A stretch of 64,000 bases of DNA, taken from assembly GCA_903910645.1 (NCBI GenBank), contig CAIWAD010000040.1:14768-78767 (forward strand). Reading direction: 5' to 3'. This DNA comes from an uncultured bacterium (GTDB lineage: Bacteria > CAIWAD01). The notes below the pieces were generated by a model, which was given only the letters and a program-made list of their open reading frames with translations, was not told the DNA's origin and ran no database searches. Shown piece by piece: positions 8,741 to 17,617 of this stretch. Made by a program: the position numbers and the translations under genes. The stretch's first letter is position 1. Each line of letters begins with the position of its first letter.

Positions 8741-10263
8741 GGGCCGCCTCCCCATTGGACATCCTCCTCCAGCCGCCGCGCCCGGGCTCTCCAATGGTCG
8801 GCCACCGCGCCCATCCCGCCCACCCAGCAATCAGGTTGATCCAGCCTTGCCAGCAGGCTTTCGAAGTGCTCGCGGCGTCCGGGAAAGTCCTCGCGACACA
8901 TGGTGTGAGGGTGCCAGTTCACCGTCAACAGGCCGCCCACCCGGCGCACCTGCTCCATCACTTCCTCCGCCTGGCGTCTGGCGGCCAGGGGCGCAAGCTT
9001 CTGCTCATCGTAGAGTTGGCTGTCCATGAGCAGCAGGGGAAGCTCCAGCAGATTCAGAGCGTGACCCTCTTCATTCAAAGGATGGAAGGGCAGGCTGGTT
9101 CCCGCGCGGAAGCCTGGACGATCGTTGAAGCCCAGACTGCTGTCCACGCACAGGCCCGCCTGCATTTGGGCCGGCCAGGTGTGCTGGATGTTGAAACGCA
9201 GCCAGTGCTGGCGCGTGACAAGGGGTTTGCTTCCCATGGCGCGCTCCAGCTGCCGCGCCTGTTCTTTCATGCGCCTGGCGCTCATGCAGGATGTCCAGCC
9301 GCCGTGCAGACCCACTTCCACGGCCTGCTCCCGCAAGCGCGCCAGAAGTCCGCGCACCTGGGCCCTGCCCAACTGGTAGCGATAGGTCTGATGATCCCGC
9401 GGCTCCGCCAGGAAGAGCAAGGTGGACACCAGACCATGGCGCTGTTCCAGCTCCACCATTTCATCCACCAGAAACCAGGGATCCTGCCCCGTGCGCAGAC
9501 GCAGGCGCAACTCCTTCCAGCGATTGCGGAGCTGGGCCTGGCGATGATCCAGGGCGTGCAGCGGACTTTCCAGCAGAAGGCGCACCACCGTGCGCAAACG
9601 CCACTTGAAGAGCATGTCCACATCATGGCTCAGGCAGGCCGCCCAGGAGGCCCCGCCCGGCCAGCGCGGCAAGGATGTCGGCAATTGGCCGGCATCCACA
9701 TCCAGCAGCCGTGCCAGCAGACGCAGCAGGCGATCCACCCAGGGCGTCAAGGCCAAGTGGCGGGCATCCGGCGGCAAAGCGTCCAGCAGGGCCTGTCTCC
9801 ATGCATCGCCCCCGGGTCCCCGCTCCACATGACGCATCAGGGTATGGGCCAGGGGTTGCAGTGGATCGAAGCCCAGCTGCAGCAGGGTCTGCCCGCCCCG
9901 CATGGCCCAGCTGACAGGTGCCCCGCCTCCCATGTAGCGCCAGGGAAGCTCCCCCAGTCGGGGAAAGCGCACGGGTGAACCGAAGACGGGAATGGGTCCA
10001 GGCTCGATCCAGTCGCTGCGCAGGGACGCCTCTCCTTCTCCACTTACAGGCAGATAGAGCACGATGCGCACGGTGGGGGGAATCTGGAACTGGCCCGGAC
10101 TTCCCAGCACCAGCACGCGCTCCACGGGCCGGTGGGCGGGATCGTAGGGCCGCAGGCGCACTCCAAGCCCTGTCTGCAGAAAACGCAGCAGGGCGGGCAA
10201 CCAGGGGCGCTGGGGATTGGCATCGGCTCCCAGGCAGCCGATCTCCATCAGGGTGTGGGCCAT
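8728..10263 (-). CDS. Putative polysaccharide deacetylase-like protein (511 aa) with an uncharacterised N-terminal half
   Basis: Motifs SHDVD, LHGGWTS, QHWLRF, PGFRAGTSLPFHP resemble the polysaccharide deacetylase / CE4-related superfamily; embedded among glycosyltransferases; ATG verified at 10261-10263. Confidence 0.45.
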   Translation of the reverse strand: MAHTLMEIGCLGADANPQRPWLPALLRFLQTGLGVRLRPYDPAHRPVERVLVLGSPGQFQIPPTVRIVLYLPVSGEGEASLRSDWIEPGPIPVFGSPVRFPRLGELPWRYMGGGAPVSWAMRGGQTLLQLGFDPLQPLAHTLMRHVERGPGGDAWRQALLDALPPDARHLALTPWVDRLLRLLARLLDVDAGQLPTSLPRWPGGASWAACLSHDVDMLFKWRLRTVVRLLLESPLHALDHRQAQLRNRWKELRLRLRTGQDPWFLVDEMVELEQRHGLVSTLLFLAEPRDHQTYRYQLGRAQVRGLLARLREQAVEVGLHGGWTSCMSARRMKEQARQLERAMGSKPLVTRQHWLRFNIQHTWPAQMQAGLCVDSSLGFNDRPGFRAGTSLPFHPLNEEGHALNLLELPLLLMDSQLYDEQKLAPLAARRQAEEVMEQVRRVGGLLTVNWHPHTMCREDFPGRREHFESLLARLDQPDCWVGGMGAVADHWRARARRLEEDVQWGGGPCAS

Positions 10264-10278
10264 GGGCGAAGGTAGGAT

Positions 10279-11010
10279 TCAGGACGCGCCCAGGAAGTCC
10301 TCCAGGGCATCGGCCACGGCCCGGGGGGATTCCAGGCTGGCCAGGTGGCCGCAGTTACCTGGCACCACCACCAACTGCGCCGCCTCCATCAGCCCGGCCA
10401 TGGCCATGTGCAGGTCAGGGGGAGTCAGCTGGTCCTGGGCCCCGCACAGCACCAGGGCGCGGCCCTCGAAAGCGCGCAGGGTCTCCGCCATGTCCTCCCG
10501 CGTGAGCAGCATGCGCAGCTGGCGCACAAAGAGCCCCGCGCCCAGGCGGCGGAACATGTGGCGCACCGTGTCGCCCATGTCCTCCAGGCTTTGAGGTGAG
10601 AGCATGCGCGGCAGAAAGCCGTCCATCACCTCTTCCAGTCGCCCCTCCTCCAGGCGGTGGATCATCTCCTGCCGTGCGACGCGCCCCTCCTGCGTGTCCG
10701 CCCCGTGGCGCGCGCCCATCAACACCAGGCGTTTCACCGCGCTGGGACAGCGGGCAGCGCCGGCCATGGCAATGGCCGCACCCATGGACAGCCCGCCCAG
10801 GTCGAAACGACGCAGCCCCAGGCTGCCCAGCATGGCCAGCAGCTCTGAGGCGGCATCGCGGATGCTGTCCTCTCCCTCCGACTGGAAGATCATCACCCGC
10901 CGGCGCCGGGCCAGCCGATCCGCCTGCCCCGCGAAGAGCTCTTCGTCGCACATGAGAGCGCACACCAGCGCAAGGGGACTTCCTGAGCCGCGGTCGCTGA
11001 GCAGTTTCAT
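10279..11010 (-). CDS. Alpha/beta-fold hydrolase (3-oxoadipate enol-lactonase-like)
   Basis: GLSMGA nucleophile elbow, overall alpha/beta-hydrolase pattern; ATG 11008-11010 with GGAGG RBS. Confidence 0.7.
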   Translation of the reverse strand: MKLLSDRGSGSPLALVCALMCDEELFAGQADRLARRRRVMIFQSEGEDSIRDAASELLAMLGSLGLRRFDLGGLSMGAAIAMAGAARCPSAVKRLVLMGARHGADTQEGRVARQEMIHRLEEGRLEEVMDGFLPRMLSPQSLEDMGDTVRHMFRRLGAGLFVRQLRMLLTREDMAETLRAFEGRALVLCGAQDQLTPPDLHMAMAGLMEAAQLVVVPGNCGHLASLESPRAVADALEDFLGAS

Positions 11011-11087
11011 GGGGGGGGCCTCCTGCACAGGCGGGGCCACGCGGGCCCCGCCGAGAATCACATGCTTGGCGGTGGATGCCCGCCGTT

Positions 11088-13484
11088 TCAGAATTCCTGA
11101 CTCAGACGCAAAACGGTCTTCAAATAGCCGTCCTCCCGGTCTCCGGCCCAGGACTGCCAGTCCACCCGGGCGGCCAGTTCCATGCCCTGGCGGAAGCGCC
11201 AGTCCACCTGGCCGCCCAGATCCAGACGCGTGAAGCTCCCGCTCTCCAGGGCCGACTCGCTCGTCACGCTCTGGAACTGCAGGCGCACCGTGCTCTCGAG
11301 CCGCTTGTTCAGCCAGGGACGCCCCACGGCGGCGCGCAGGCTCCAGTGGCCGTAGTCCGCCATGGTGTCGTCGTCGTAGTCCGTGCTGTAGATGGAGAAG
11401 GCGGCATCCAGGCGCGTGTCCAGCACCAGGGGCGTCTTCCAGCCCAGGCTGAGCTGGTTGCCGCCAAAGCTGCGGTCCGCCCGCAGGGTATCGACCTGTC
11501 CCACTTCATCGCTGTAGGCCTGGCTCACCAGGTTCAGGCTCCACTGCAGGCGGCGGTCCAGCCAGGTGAAGCCGCCACCCAGACCCAGGCGGACCTGGCT
11601 CAGGGACCCTTCCACCTGCTGGCCCCTGGCGTTGCGCTCGGCCTCCGATCCCGCCGCGGCCCCCGCCTCGGCGGCGATGTCCAGGGCCTCGTTCATCTCG
11701 CCCTGCTGCTCGAAGCCCAGGCGCACCTGCAGGTCCCGCCCCTTGGGGTAGAAGCCCAGGCCCACGCTGAGCTGGTCACGCGTGGTGGTGCCCACGCTGC
11801 CATCGTTCTGGCCGTCCAGGTTGTCCGTGCTCTGGCCCGCGCCCAGATCCACATAGATCTGATTGCGCCACAAACGGAAGCGGTCGCTGAAGCGCATGTC
11901 CTGCCGGTCGGGGCTAAGGAACCCGTTGCCCAGGCTGCGGTAGGCGCCACCCACCCGGCGGAAGTCCACCGTCGTCTCGTTGGGTCCAAGGGCCAGCTGC
12001 CAGTTGGAACTAAGGGCCGTGGCGGTGAGCACATCCCCGTCCGCCAGATCCAGCGGGCTGAAGTACTCGTTGATGACGATGATGTCGTCATAGGAGCTGG
12101 GATCCGGCAGGTCCTTCCAGGCGCCACCCAGGGATTCCAGGTCTTCCTGCGTCCAGGCCCCGTCCGTGATGTTGGAATTGTAAAGGGAGAAGGCGGCCTG
12201 GTTGCGCACGGTGAAACTGCCCTTGAAGGCGTTGAAATCCAGGCGCGCGCCCAGCACGGCGTTGTCCTGGGGGGCAACCTGGCTTTCATCCCAGCCCGAG
12301 ATGCTCTCCACATCGTCCTTGGCCTTCAGCACGCTGAAGCCGCCCTCGAAAAGACCGTGGGCCCGGCCCATGCGCAGATCCAGTCCATAGAGATCCCGCG
12401 CGAATGCCCCGGAAAATGCCGCGTTGTCCCCCGCGCCGGGATCCCGCGCCTCCTGGCTGCGACCGCCCACCACATGCAGGCCGAAGTCCTTGAACTCGGC
12501 ATTCAGCTCGGCGCCACGCACCCGGGTGCCATTGAGCACAAGTCCACCCAGCTCCGGCTGACGGTCGCCCAGGCCCAAAAGGAAGCCCTTGCGCTCCAGC
12601 TCCAGCGAAAGGCGCGACTGGGGCTGCAGGTCCTCATGCTCCAGATCCACGGCGGAGAGCAGAACGCGTCCGCGCAGGTTCCACGCCTCTTCCCCGCGTC
12701 CACGCCAGGCGTGAAATCGCAACTGGCCGGCGTGGTAGCGCTGCCAGGACTCCACTGAAGCCGTCTCCCGGCTGTCCTGCCAGTCCATGTTGAACTCCTG
12801 CCAGGACGAGGCGCTGATGCCCGTGGGCACGCGGCTGCCATCCTCCACGGTCAGGAAGCTGCGGTAGGCGGGCAGATCCCGGCCCTGGCGGTCCTTCAGC
12901 TGCAACTCCACCGCGTGGCGTCCGGCGCCCAGCACCCCGCGCCAGGTGACCAGCCAGGGATCCTTTTCGAATTCCCCACCCGCCGGATTGCCGTCAATGA
13001 GCAGGCGGGCCGTGGACAAGTCCGCCCTGTCCCCCACGGCGCTGAAGGCCAGCAAGGCGTCCTCACCGGCCTGGATTTCTGTTTCGCTCAACAGCAGGAC
13101 AAGCGCCTCGCCGCCACCGGCCGCCAAAGGCAGACGCCAGGAGCCCGACCCCGGAGACGTCTCGCGCAGGGAGCCCTGGCGGAACTCGGCGCGGTAGGCC
13201 AGCTCGGCCCCGGTGAGCACGCCGGCGGGCACAGTGAAGACCACGCGGCCCGCCTCCAGCGTGGTGGGCGACAGGGCGGGCAGGCTGCGGCCGTCCAGCT
13301 CCAGCCAGAGCCTGGCCTCGTCCGGCGCCTGGGCAGCGGCGGGATCCAGGAACTCCAGCGCAAGGGGTTGGTCGGCAAAGCCCTGGGCCGGGGCATAGTG
13401 CGTCCAGCGGGCCTGGGCCGGCAGGCCAAGGCCAAGCAGAAGGCCCAGCAGGGCCGTGCCACGCAAAAATGAAGAAAGAGTCAT
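11088..13484 (-). CDS. Large outer-membrane beta-barrel protein (798 aa), uncharacterised
   Basis: Signal peptide MTLSSFLRGTALLGLLLGLGLPAQA; alternating beta-strand pattern; C-terminal ...LRLSQEF with terminal Phe, typical of OMP barrels; GGAGGG RBS. Confidence 0.6.
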   Translation of the reverse strand: MTLSSFLRGTALLGLLLGLGLPAQARWTHYAPAQGFADQPLALEFLDPAAAQAPDEARLWLELDGRSLPALSPTTLEAGRVVFTVPAGVLTGAELAYRAEFRQGSLRETSPGSGSWRLPLAAGGGEALVLLLSETEIQAGEDALLAFSAVGDRADLSTARLLIDGNPAGGEFEKDPWLVTWRGVLGAGRHAVELQLKDRQGRDLPAYRSFLTVEDGSRVPTGISASSWQEFNMDWQDSRETASVESWQRYHAGQLRFHAWRGRGEEAWNLRGRVLLSAVDLEHEDLQPQSRLSLELERKGFLLGLGDRQPELGGLVLNGTRVRGAELNAEFKDFGLHVVGGRSQEARDPGAGDNAAFSGAFARDLYGLDLRMGRAHGLFEGGFSVLKAKDDVESISGWDESQVAPQDNAVLGARLDFNAFKGSFTVRNQAAFSLYNSNITDGAWTQEDLESLGGAWKDLPDPSSYDDIIVINEYFSPLDLADGDVLTATALSSNWQLALGPNETTVDFRRVGGAYRSLGNGFLSPDRQDMRFSDRFRLWRNQIYVDLGAGQSTDNLDGQNDGSVGTTTRDQLSVGLGFYPKGRDLQVRLGFEQQGEMNEALDIAAEAGAAAGSEAERNARGQQVEGSLSQVRLGLGGGFTWLDRRLQWSLNLVSQAYSDEVGQVDTLRADRSFGGNQLSLGWKTPLVLDTRLDAAFSIYSTDYDDDTMADYGHWSLRAAVGRPWLNKRLESTVRLQFQSVTSESALESGSFTRLDLGGQVDWRFRQGMELAARVDWQSWAGDREDGYLKTVLRLSQEF

Positions 13485-13518
13485 GGGGATCCCTCCACGG
13501 GAAAGCGGCGCCGGGCGC

Positions 13519-14199
13519 CTACTCGTAGTACTCGATGATCAGCTCGCGACGCGTGTCGCCGTCCTGGATGGGCACCACCACGCGCTTCAACTCTCCGCGC
13601 TCCAGACCTTCCTGGTCCGCGTCGCTGGTGGGGCGCACCGTGCTCGCCTGGCCGTCGGAGTGCCCGGTCTGGCCACTCATCACATCCACCTCCTGGCTGC
13701 TCTCGCGGGAGGTGAGGCCCACGATGCCTTCCTCGGTGATGATGTCCGTGCCTTCCTCATCGGCCTTGGTCCACCAGGCCGTGCCCTTCACGGAGGCCAC
13801 GCTGGTGGGGGTGGCAATGCGGAACTCCCCTTGCTGGCGCGTGACCTTGCTCCACAGGGTGCCCTGGCTCATCTCCACTTCCTTGTCCGTGCGGCCGCTG
13901 CCCCGGCGGGCGTGCAGCACGACCTTGGTGTTGGGCGTCAACTTCAGCTGGCTCTTGTCGTCGGTGAACACCAGCACGGCGCGGCCGTCTGGTCCGGTGC
14001 GCACCTGGTCTCCATCATTCAGGCGCGCCCCGCTCTTCAGCGGACTCTCCGAAGAACCGGCCTTCACCAGCACTTCGCCCGTGGCCTTCACCGTAACCGC
14101 CACGCTCTTGTCCTGGGCCATGGAGGAAGTGGCCACCACACCCAACAGCACCGGCAGCAACAGGGCGGCCAGCAGGCTTCGCAATGGATTCGTCTTCAT
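13519..14199 (-). CDS. FecR-domain protein (anti-sigma/transmembrane sensor-like periplasmic domain)
   Basis: Signal peptide, then G..L..G..V.TG..G.A.L.F.D.S...L..NT.V FecR-like pattern; AAGGGGG RBS; ATG 14197-14199. Confidence 0.55.
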   Translation of the reverse strand: MKTNPLRSLLAALLLPVLLGVVATSSMAQDKSVAVTVKATGEVLVKAGSSESPLKSGARLNDGDQVRTGPDGRAVLVFTDDKSQLKLTPNTKVVLHARRGSGRTDKEVEMSQGTLWSKVTRQQGEFRIATPTSVASVKGTAWWTKADEEGTDIITEEGIVGLTSRESSQEVDVMSGQTGHSDGQASTVRPTSDADQEGLERGELKRVVVPIQDGDTRRELIIEYYE

Positions 14200-14209
14200 G
14201 GCGGCCCCC

Positions 14210-15229
14210 TTATTCAACACGAATGGACGCTAGGTTCAGCTCGCCCGATCCCAGGCGACGCAGCAGGTCCTGGAACTCCTCCAGGCTCACGGGGCGGCCG
14301 TCCACAAGGATGGTGCCACCCAGTTCGTAACCCTCCAGCAGCGCAGCCACCGCCGCCAGCTGGCCAGGGGTAAGGAAGTCCAGCAATTGCCCCATGTCCG
14401 GCTGATCGCCGCCACCCCCTTCATCCAGCCCAACCACGAAGCTGCGCAGGGGTCCGGCAAAACGCTGGTCCCCGGAGGTGGTGCTGAGCAGGGCTTCCAC
14501 CACCCACACATAGCGGCCGCCGTCCACAAGGGGGCGCGCCGGACCACCGCCCTGGCCGTAGACCACGCTGGTCTGGCCAAGCAGCTCCGCTTCCCACATG
14601 GGATCGCCGTGGATGGCCTCCTCCGGACTGCCGTGGCGCTCAGGATTGAACTCGCACACACGCAGCACATAGCGGCTGGCACGCCCGCTCCAGGAGAAGG
14701 CGGGCTGGTCCGTGTGCACCCGGGCACCATCGAAGGGCAGCTGCACATCCACCTGGCGGGGATCGAAAAAGCTGAAGAACTGGCTGACCCGGCCCGTCTC
14801 CGGCTGGGCGAACTCCAGTCTCAGCTCGTAGGTGCCGCTGGGCAGCGCATTTCCACTGATCTGGTCCAGGAAATTCTCATTGAACTCTCCGGCGCTTGAA
14901 TGGAACACGCCATCGTCCAACCCTTCGCGGATGTTTCCCAGGTTCCAGTGGAAGTCCCCTCCGTTCAGCACCTCGCCGGTGATGGTGCCGCGCACCAGCC
15001 AATGGTCACCAAACCACAAGCCCGCCACCAAGTGGTAAGGGCCGGGCTCCACATTGGTCAAGTTGATGGAGATCTCGTCCGCCACGCCCCCCAGGGTGCC
15101 CCGGGGATCCAGATCACCCACATAGTAGAGGTCATAGGGCGGCACGGAAATATTCAATTGCGGCAAGGCCCACGCGCTGCCTGTGCTGAGCAGCAGGGCC
15201 AATCCCAGCTGCCGGATCATCCTGTTCAT
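14210..15229 (-). CDS. Secreted hypothetical protein
   Basis: Signal peptide MNRMIRQLGLALLLSTGSAWALP; ATG 15227-15229 with GGAAGGGAG RBS; no recognisable family. Confidence 0.5.
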   Translation of the reverse strand: MNRMIRQLGLALLLSTGSAWALPQLNISVPPYDLYYVGDLDPRGTLGGVADEISINLTNVEPGPYHLVAGLWFGDHWLVRGTITGEVLNGGDFHWNLGNIREGLDDGVFHSSAGEFNENFLDQISGNALPSGTYELRLEFAQPETGRVSQFFSFFDPRQVDVQLPFDGARVHTDQPAFSWSGRASRYVLRVCEFNPERHGSPEEAIHGDPMWEAELLGQTSVVYGQGGGPARPLVDGGRYVWVVEALLSTTSGDQRFAGPLRSFVVGLDEGGGGDQPDMGQLLDFLTPGQLAAVAALLEGYELGGTILVDGRPVSLEEFQDLLRRLGSGELNLASIRVE

Positions 15230-15359
15230 GGGGTCTCCCTTCCTTGGGTCCCGGTCACCTTGCCCGGTCTTCGGCCAAAATAAGGCGCATGCCAAGCGCC
15301 CCGCTTGTGACGGGGCGCAAACGCCACGCGTGAAGTCCGTCGTCGAAGGTGTGTGTTGC

Positions 15360-15875
15360 TTATTGGCGAATGAAGTCCTGGAAAAGCACGCGATCCACGG
15401 TCCCCGCGCTCAGGAAGCGGTTGAGGGCCGTGCGCAAGCTGTCGCGCATGGCCTCACGATAGGAAATGTTGGAGAGAGAATCTTCCGTCATGGCGCCCAG
15501 GGTATTCAAGAGGTAGTCACGCATGAAAGGCGTGCGCTCCTCCAACTCCTTGGCCAACTCGGGATTGGCGGGGTCGTATTCCAGGCTAAGGCTGATTTTG
15601 AAGACCCGGCGACCGGAGCTGCCCCGCGGGTTGATGATAAGGTCCGGGATGGGATGGACGGCGCCGAATTCATAAGCCTTCTCGCCCTCGGCCCCCTCTG
15701 TGGGCTTGCCGTGGGCGTCCTTGGCCTCACCCTTTTCCCCATGGGCGTCCCCGGCTTCCACGGTGGCCTGCCCTGCGTCAATGGGCGGAACCAGGATGCG
15801 GGCCACGCCGAAACCCAGGCCGACGGCCACTGCCACCATGCCAAGGCCCACACCAATCTTCACCACCAGCTTCAT
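15360..15875 (-). CDS. fliL: FliL-like protein (flagellar basal-body-associated protein family)
   Basis: N-terminal TM helix, then ...RRVFKISLSLEYDPANPELAKELEERTPFMRDYLLNTLGAMTEDSL...RTALNRFLSAGTVDRVLFQDFIRQ matches the FliL architecture; GAGGTGGAG RBS. Confidence 0.6.
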   Translation of the reverse strand: MKLVVKIGVGLGMVAVAVGLGFGVARILVPPIDAGQATVEAGDAHGEKGEAKDAHGKPTEGAEGEKAYEFGAVHPIPDLIINPRGSSGRRVFKISLSLEYDPANPELAKELEERTPFMRDYLLNTLGAMTEDSLSNISYREAMRDSLRTALNRFLSAGTVDRVLFQDFIRQ

Positions 15876-15969
15876 GCTCCACCTCTGCCTTGGGTGCCTG
15901 GACGAATGCACGAGCGCACAGCCCCATCCTTCATCGGCTGGGCATGGAAAAACTTAAGCCGATACCTGT

Positions 15970-16160
15970 GCTCGATCCCTGGAGTCCATCCCAGCGTCAA
16001 CTGCGTTCCTTGAGCACGGTGTTCCCAGCGAAGGCCGGGTTCTCTTGTCAGCATGAACTCCCGCTTCACGGGAATGACAGGTCAGGTCCTGAGAGCTCGT
16101 TCACTCCCGGCGGCTCGCGTACTCGAGCACGAGGCCCGAGTACGAGGAGAGAGCTGCCGG
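15970..16160 (+). repeat. Dispersed structured intergenic repeat, copy E (core ACTCCCGCTTCACGGGAATGACAGG)
   Basis: Contains the TTCCCAGCGAAGGCCGGG module and the CTCGAG-rich flank. Confidence 0.6.
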
Positions 16161-16176
16161 AATCTGATGCTTGCTC

Positions 16177-17616
16177 CTACACGCCCACTTCAATCTTCCT
16201 GAAGCGCGCCGGGCTGGAGCCGTGGCTCATTTCCGCCGTTTGGCCGGGCTGGCCCTTGCCGCAATTGGCCACACCCACCAATTGCCAATGTTCCGGTCCG
16301 CAAATGGCATCGCAGCTGCCCCAGAACTCCGGAGTGATGCTTTGGTAGGTGGGGTTCTTCACCAGACCGGTGATTTTCCCCTTCTGCACGCGCCAGCCGA
16401 TTTCGCAACCGAACTGGAAGTTCAGGCGCTGCTGGTCGATGCTCCAGCACTTGTTGGCGTCCATGATCACGCCGTCTTCCACCTCGCCCACCAGGGCTTC
16501 CCAGGAATGGGTGCCCGGCATGAGGCTGAGATTGTTGATGCGCGTGATGGGCAGGTGGAACCATCCCTCGGCGCGGTTGCAGCCCCGGCTGCGCTCCTCA
16601 TCCACGCGATGGGCCAGCTCGCGATTGGTCATGTAACCCTTCAGGATGCCGTCCTGCACAATGTGCCAGCGGCCCTGGCGCACGCCGTCGTCGTCGTAGC
16701 CCTGGGTGGCCAAGCCGCCGGGAACGGTGCCGTCGGCCACCAGATTGACGATGGGGCTGCCGTAGCGGAAGTTGCCCAGCTTGTCCGTGGTGGCGAAACT
16801 GGTGCCGGCGTAGTTGGCCTCGAAGCCCAGCACGCGGTCCAGCTCGCTGGCGTGGCCCACGCTCTCGTGGATTTGCAGCACCAGCTGCATGGGCTTCAGG
16901 ATCAGGTCCAGACGCCCACTGGGACACTGGGGCGCGCTGAGCAGGGCAATGGCCTCCTCCCGCGTGCGCTCGGCGTTGCCCGCCAGATCCAGCGCCAGGA
17001 TGAGTTCCCAGCCCAGACCCATGTACTGGCCGCCGTGGCTCATGGGATAGCTGCGCTGCTGCACCTCGCCGTCCTTCACGGCCATGGCCGTGTAGCCGGC
17101 GCCGCTCCGCGTGAGGCGTTGCTCAATGTGCGCGCCCTCGCTGTTGGCATAGTGCTGGTGCTCGCGCAGGAAGCTCATGGAGCAGGTGGCCTCCTTCACG
17201 CGATCGTCGGCGCGCAGGATGCGGTCGCACTCCATGAGCAGGGCCAGCTTCTCCGGCAATCCCACACTGAAGGGATCGATCTGCACGGGAGTCTGCCAGA
17301 AGTCCCTCCACGCAGGTTCGGGCGCCAGGCGCACGGCGTCCTGGTTCAGGCTGGCGCTGGCGCGGGCAATGCGCACGGCCTCCGCCGCCTTGGCTTTCAA
17401 TTCAGCCGGCTCCAGTCGGTTGCTGGAGGCGAAACCCCAGGCCCCGCCGGCCAGCACGCGGATGCCAAAACCCATGTCCTCGCTGTCCGACAAGCCCGAC
17501 ACCTTGCCGTTGCGGGTCTGGATCACCTGGGAACGGGTGTGGATGATGCGCAGGTCGGCCCAGTCCGCGCCGGCGGCGCGAGCGGCGTCCAGCGCCAGTT
17601 GCAGCATGTCCTTCAT
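16177..17616 (-). CDS. tldD: TldD family metalloprotease
   Basis: MKDMLQLALDAARAAGADWADLRIIHTRSQ...GFGIRVLAGGAWGFASSN; HExxxH-type TldD core. Confidence 0.85.
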   Translation of the reverse strand: MKDMLQLALDAARAAGADWADLRIIHTRSQVIQTRNGKVSGLSDSEDMGFGIRVLAGGAWGFASSNRLEPAELKAKAAEAVRIARASASLNQDAVRLAPEPAWRDFWQTPVQIDPFSVGLPEKLALLMECDRILRADDRVKEATCSMSFLREHQHYANSEGAHIEQRLTRSGAGYTAMAVKDGEVQQRSYPMSHGGQYMGLGWELILALDLAGNAERTREEAIALLSAPQCPSGRLDLILKPMQLVLQIHESVGHASELDRVLGFEANYAGTSFATTDKLGNFRYGSPIVNLVADGTVPGGLATQGYDDDGVRQGRWHIVQDGILKGYMTNRELAHRVDEERSRGCNRAEGWFHLPITRINNLSLMPGTHSWEALVGEVEDGVIMDANKCWSIDQQRLNFQFGCEIGWRVQKGKITGLVKNPTYQSITPEFWGSCDAICGPEHWQLVGVANCGKGQPGQTAEMSHGSSPARFRKIEVGV

Positions 17617-17617
17617 A

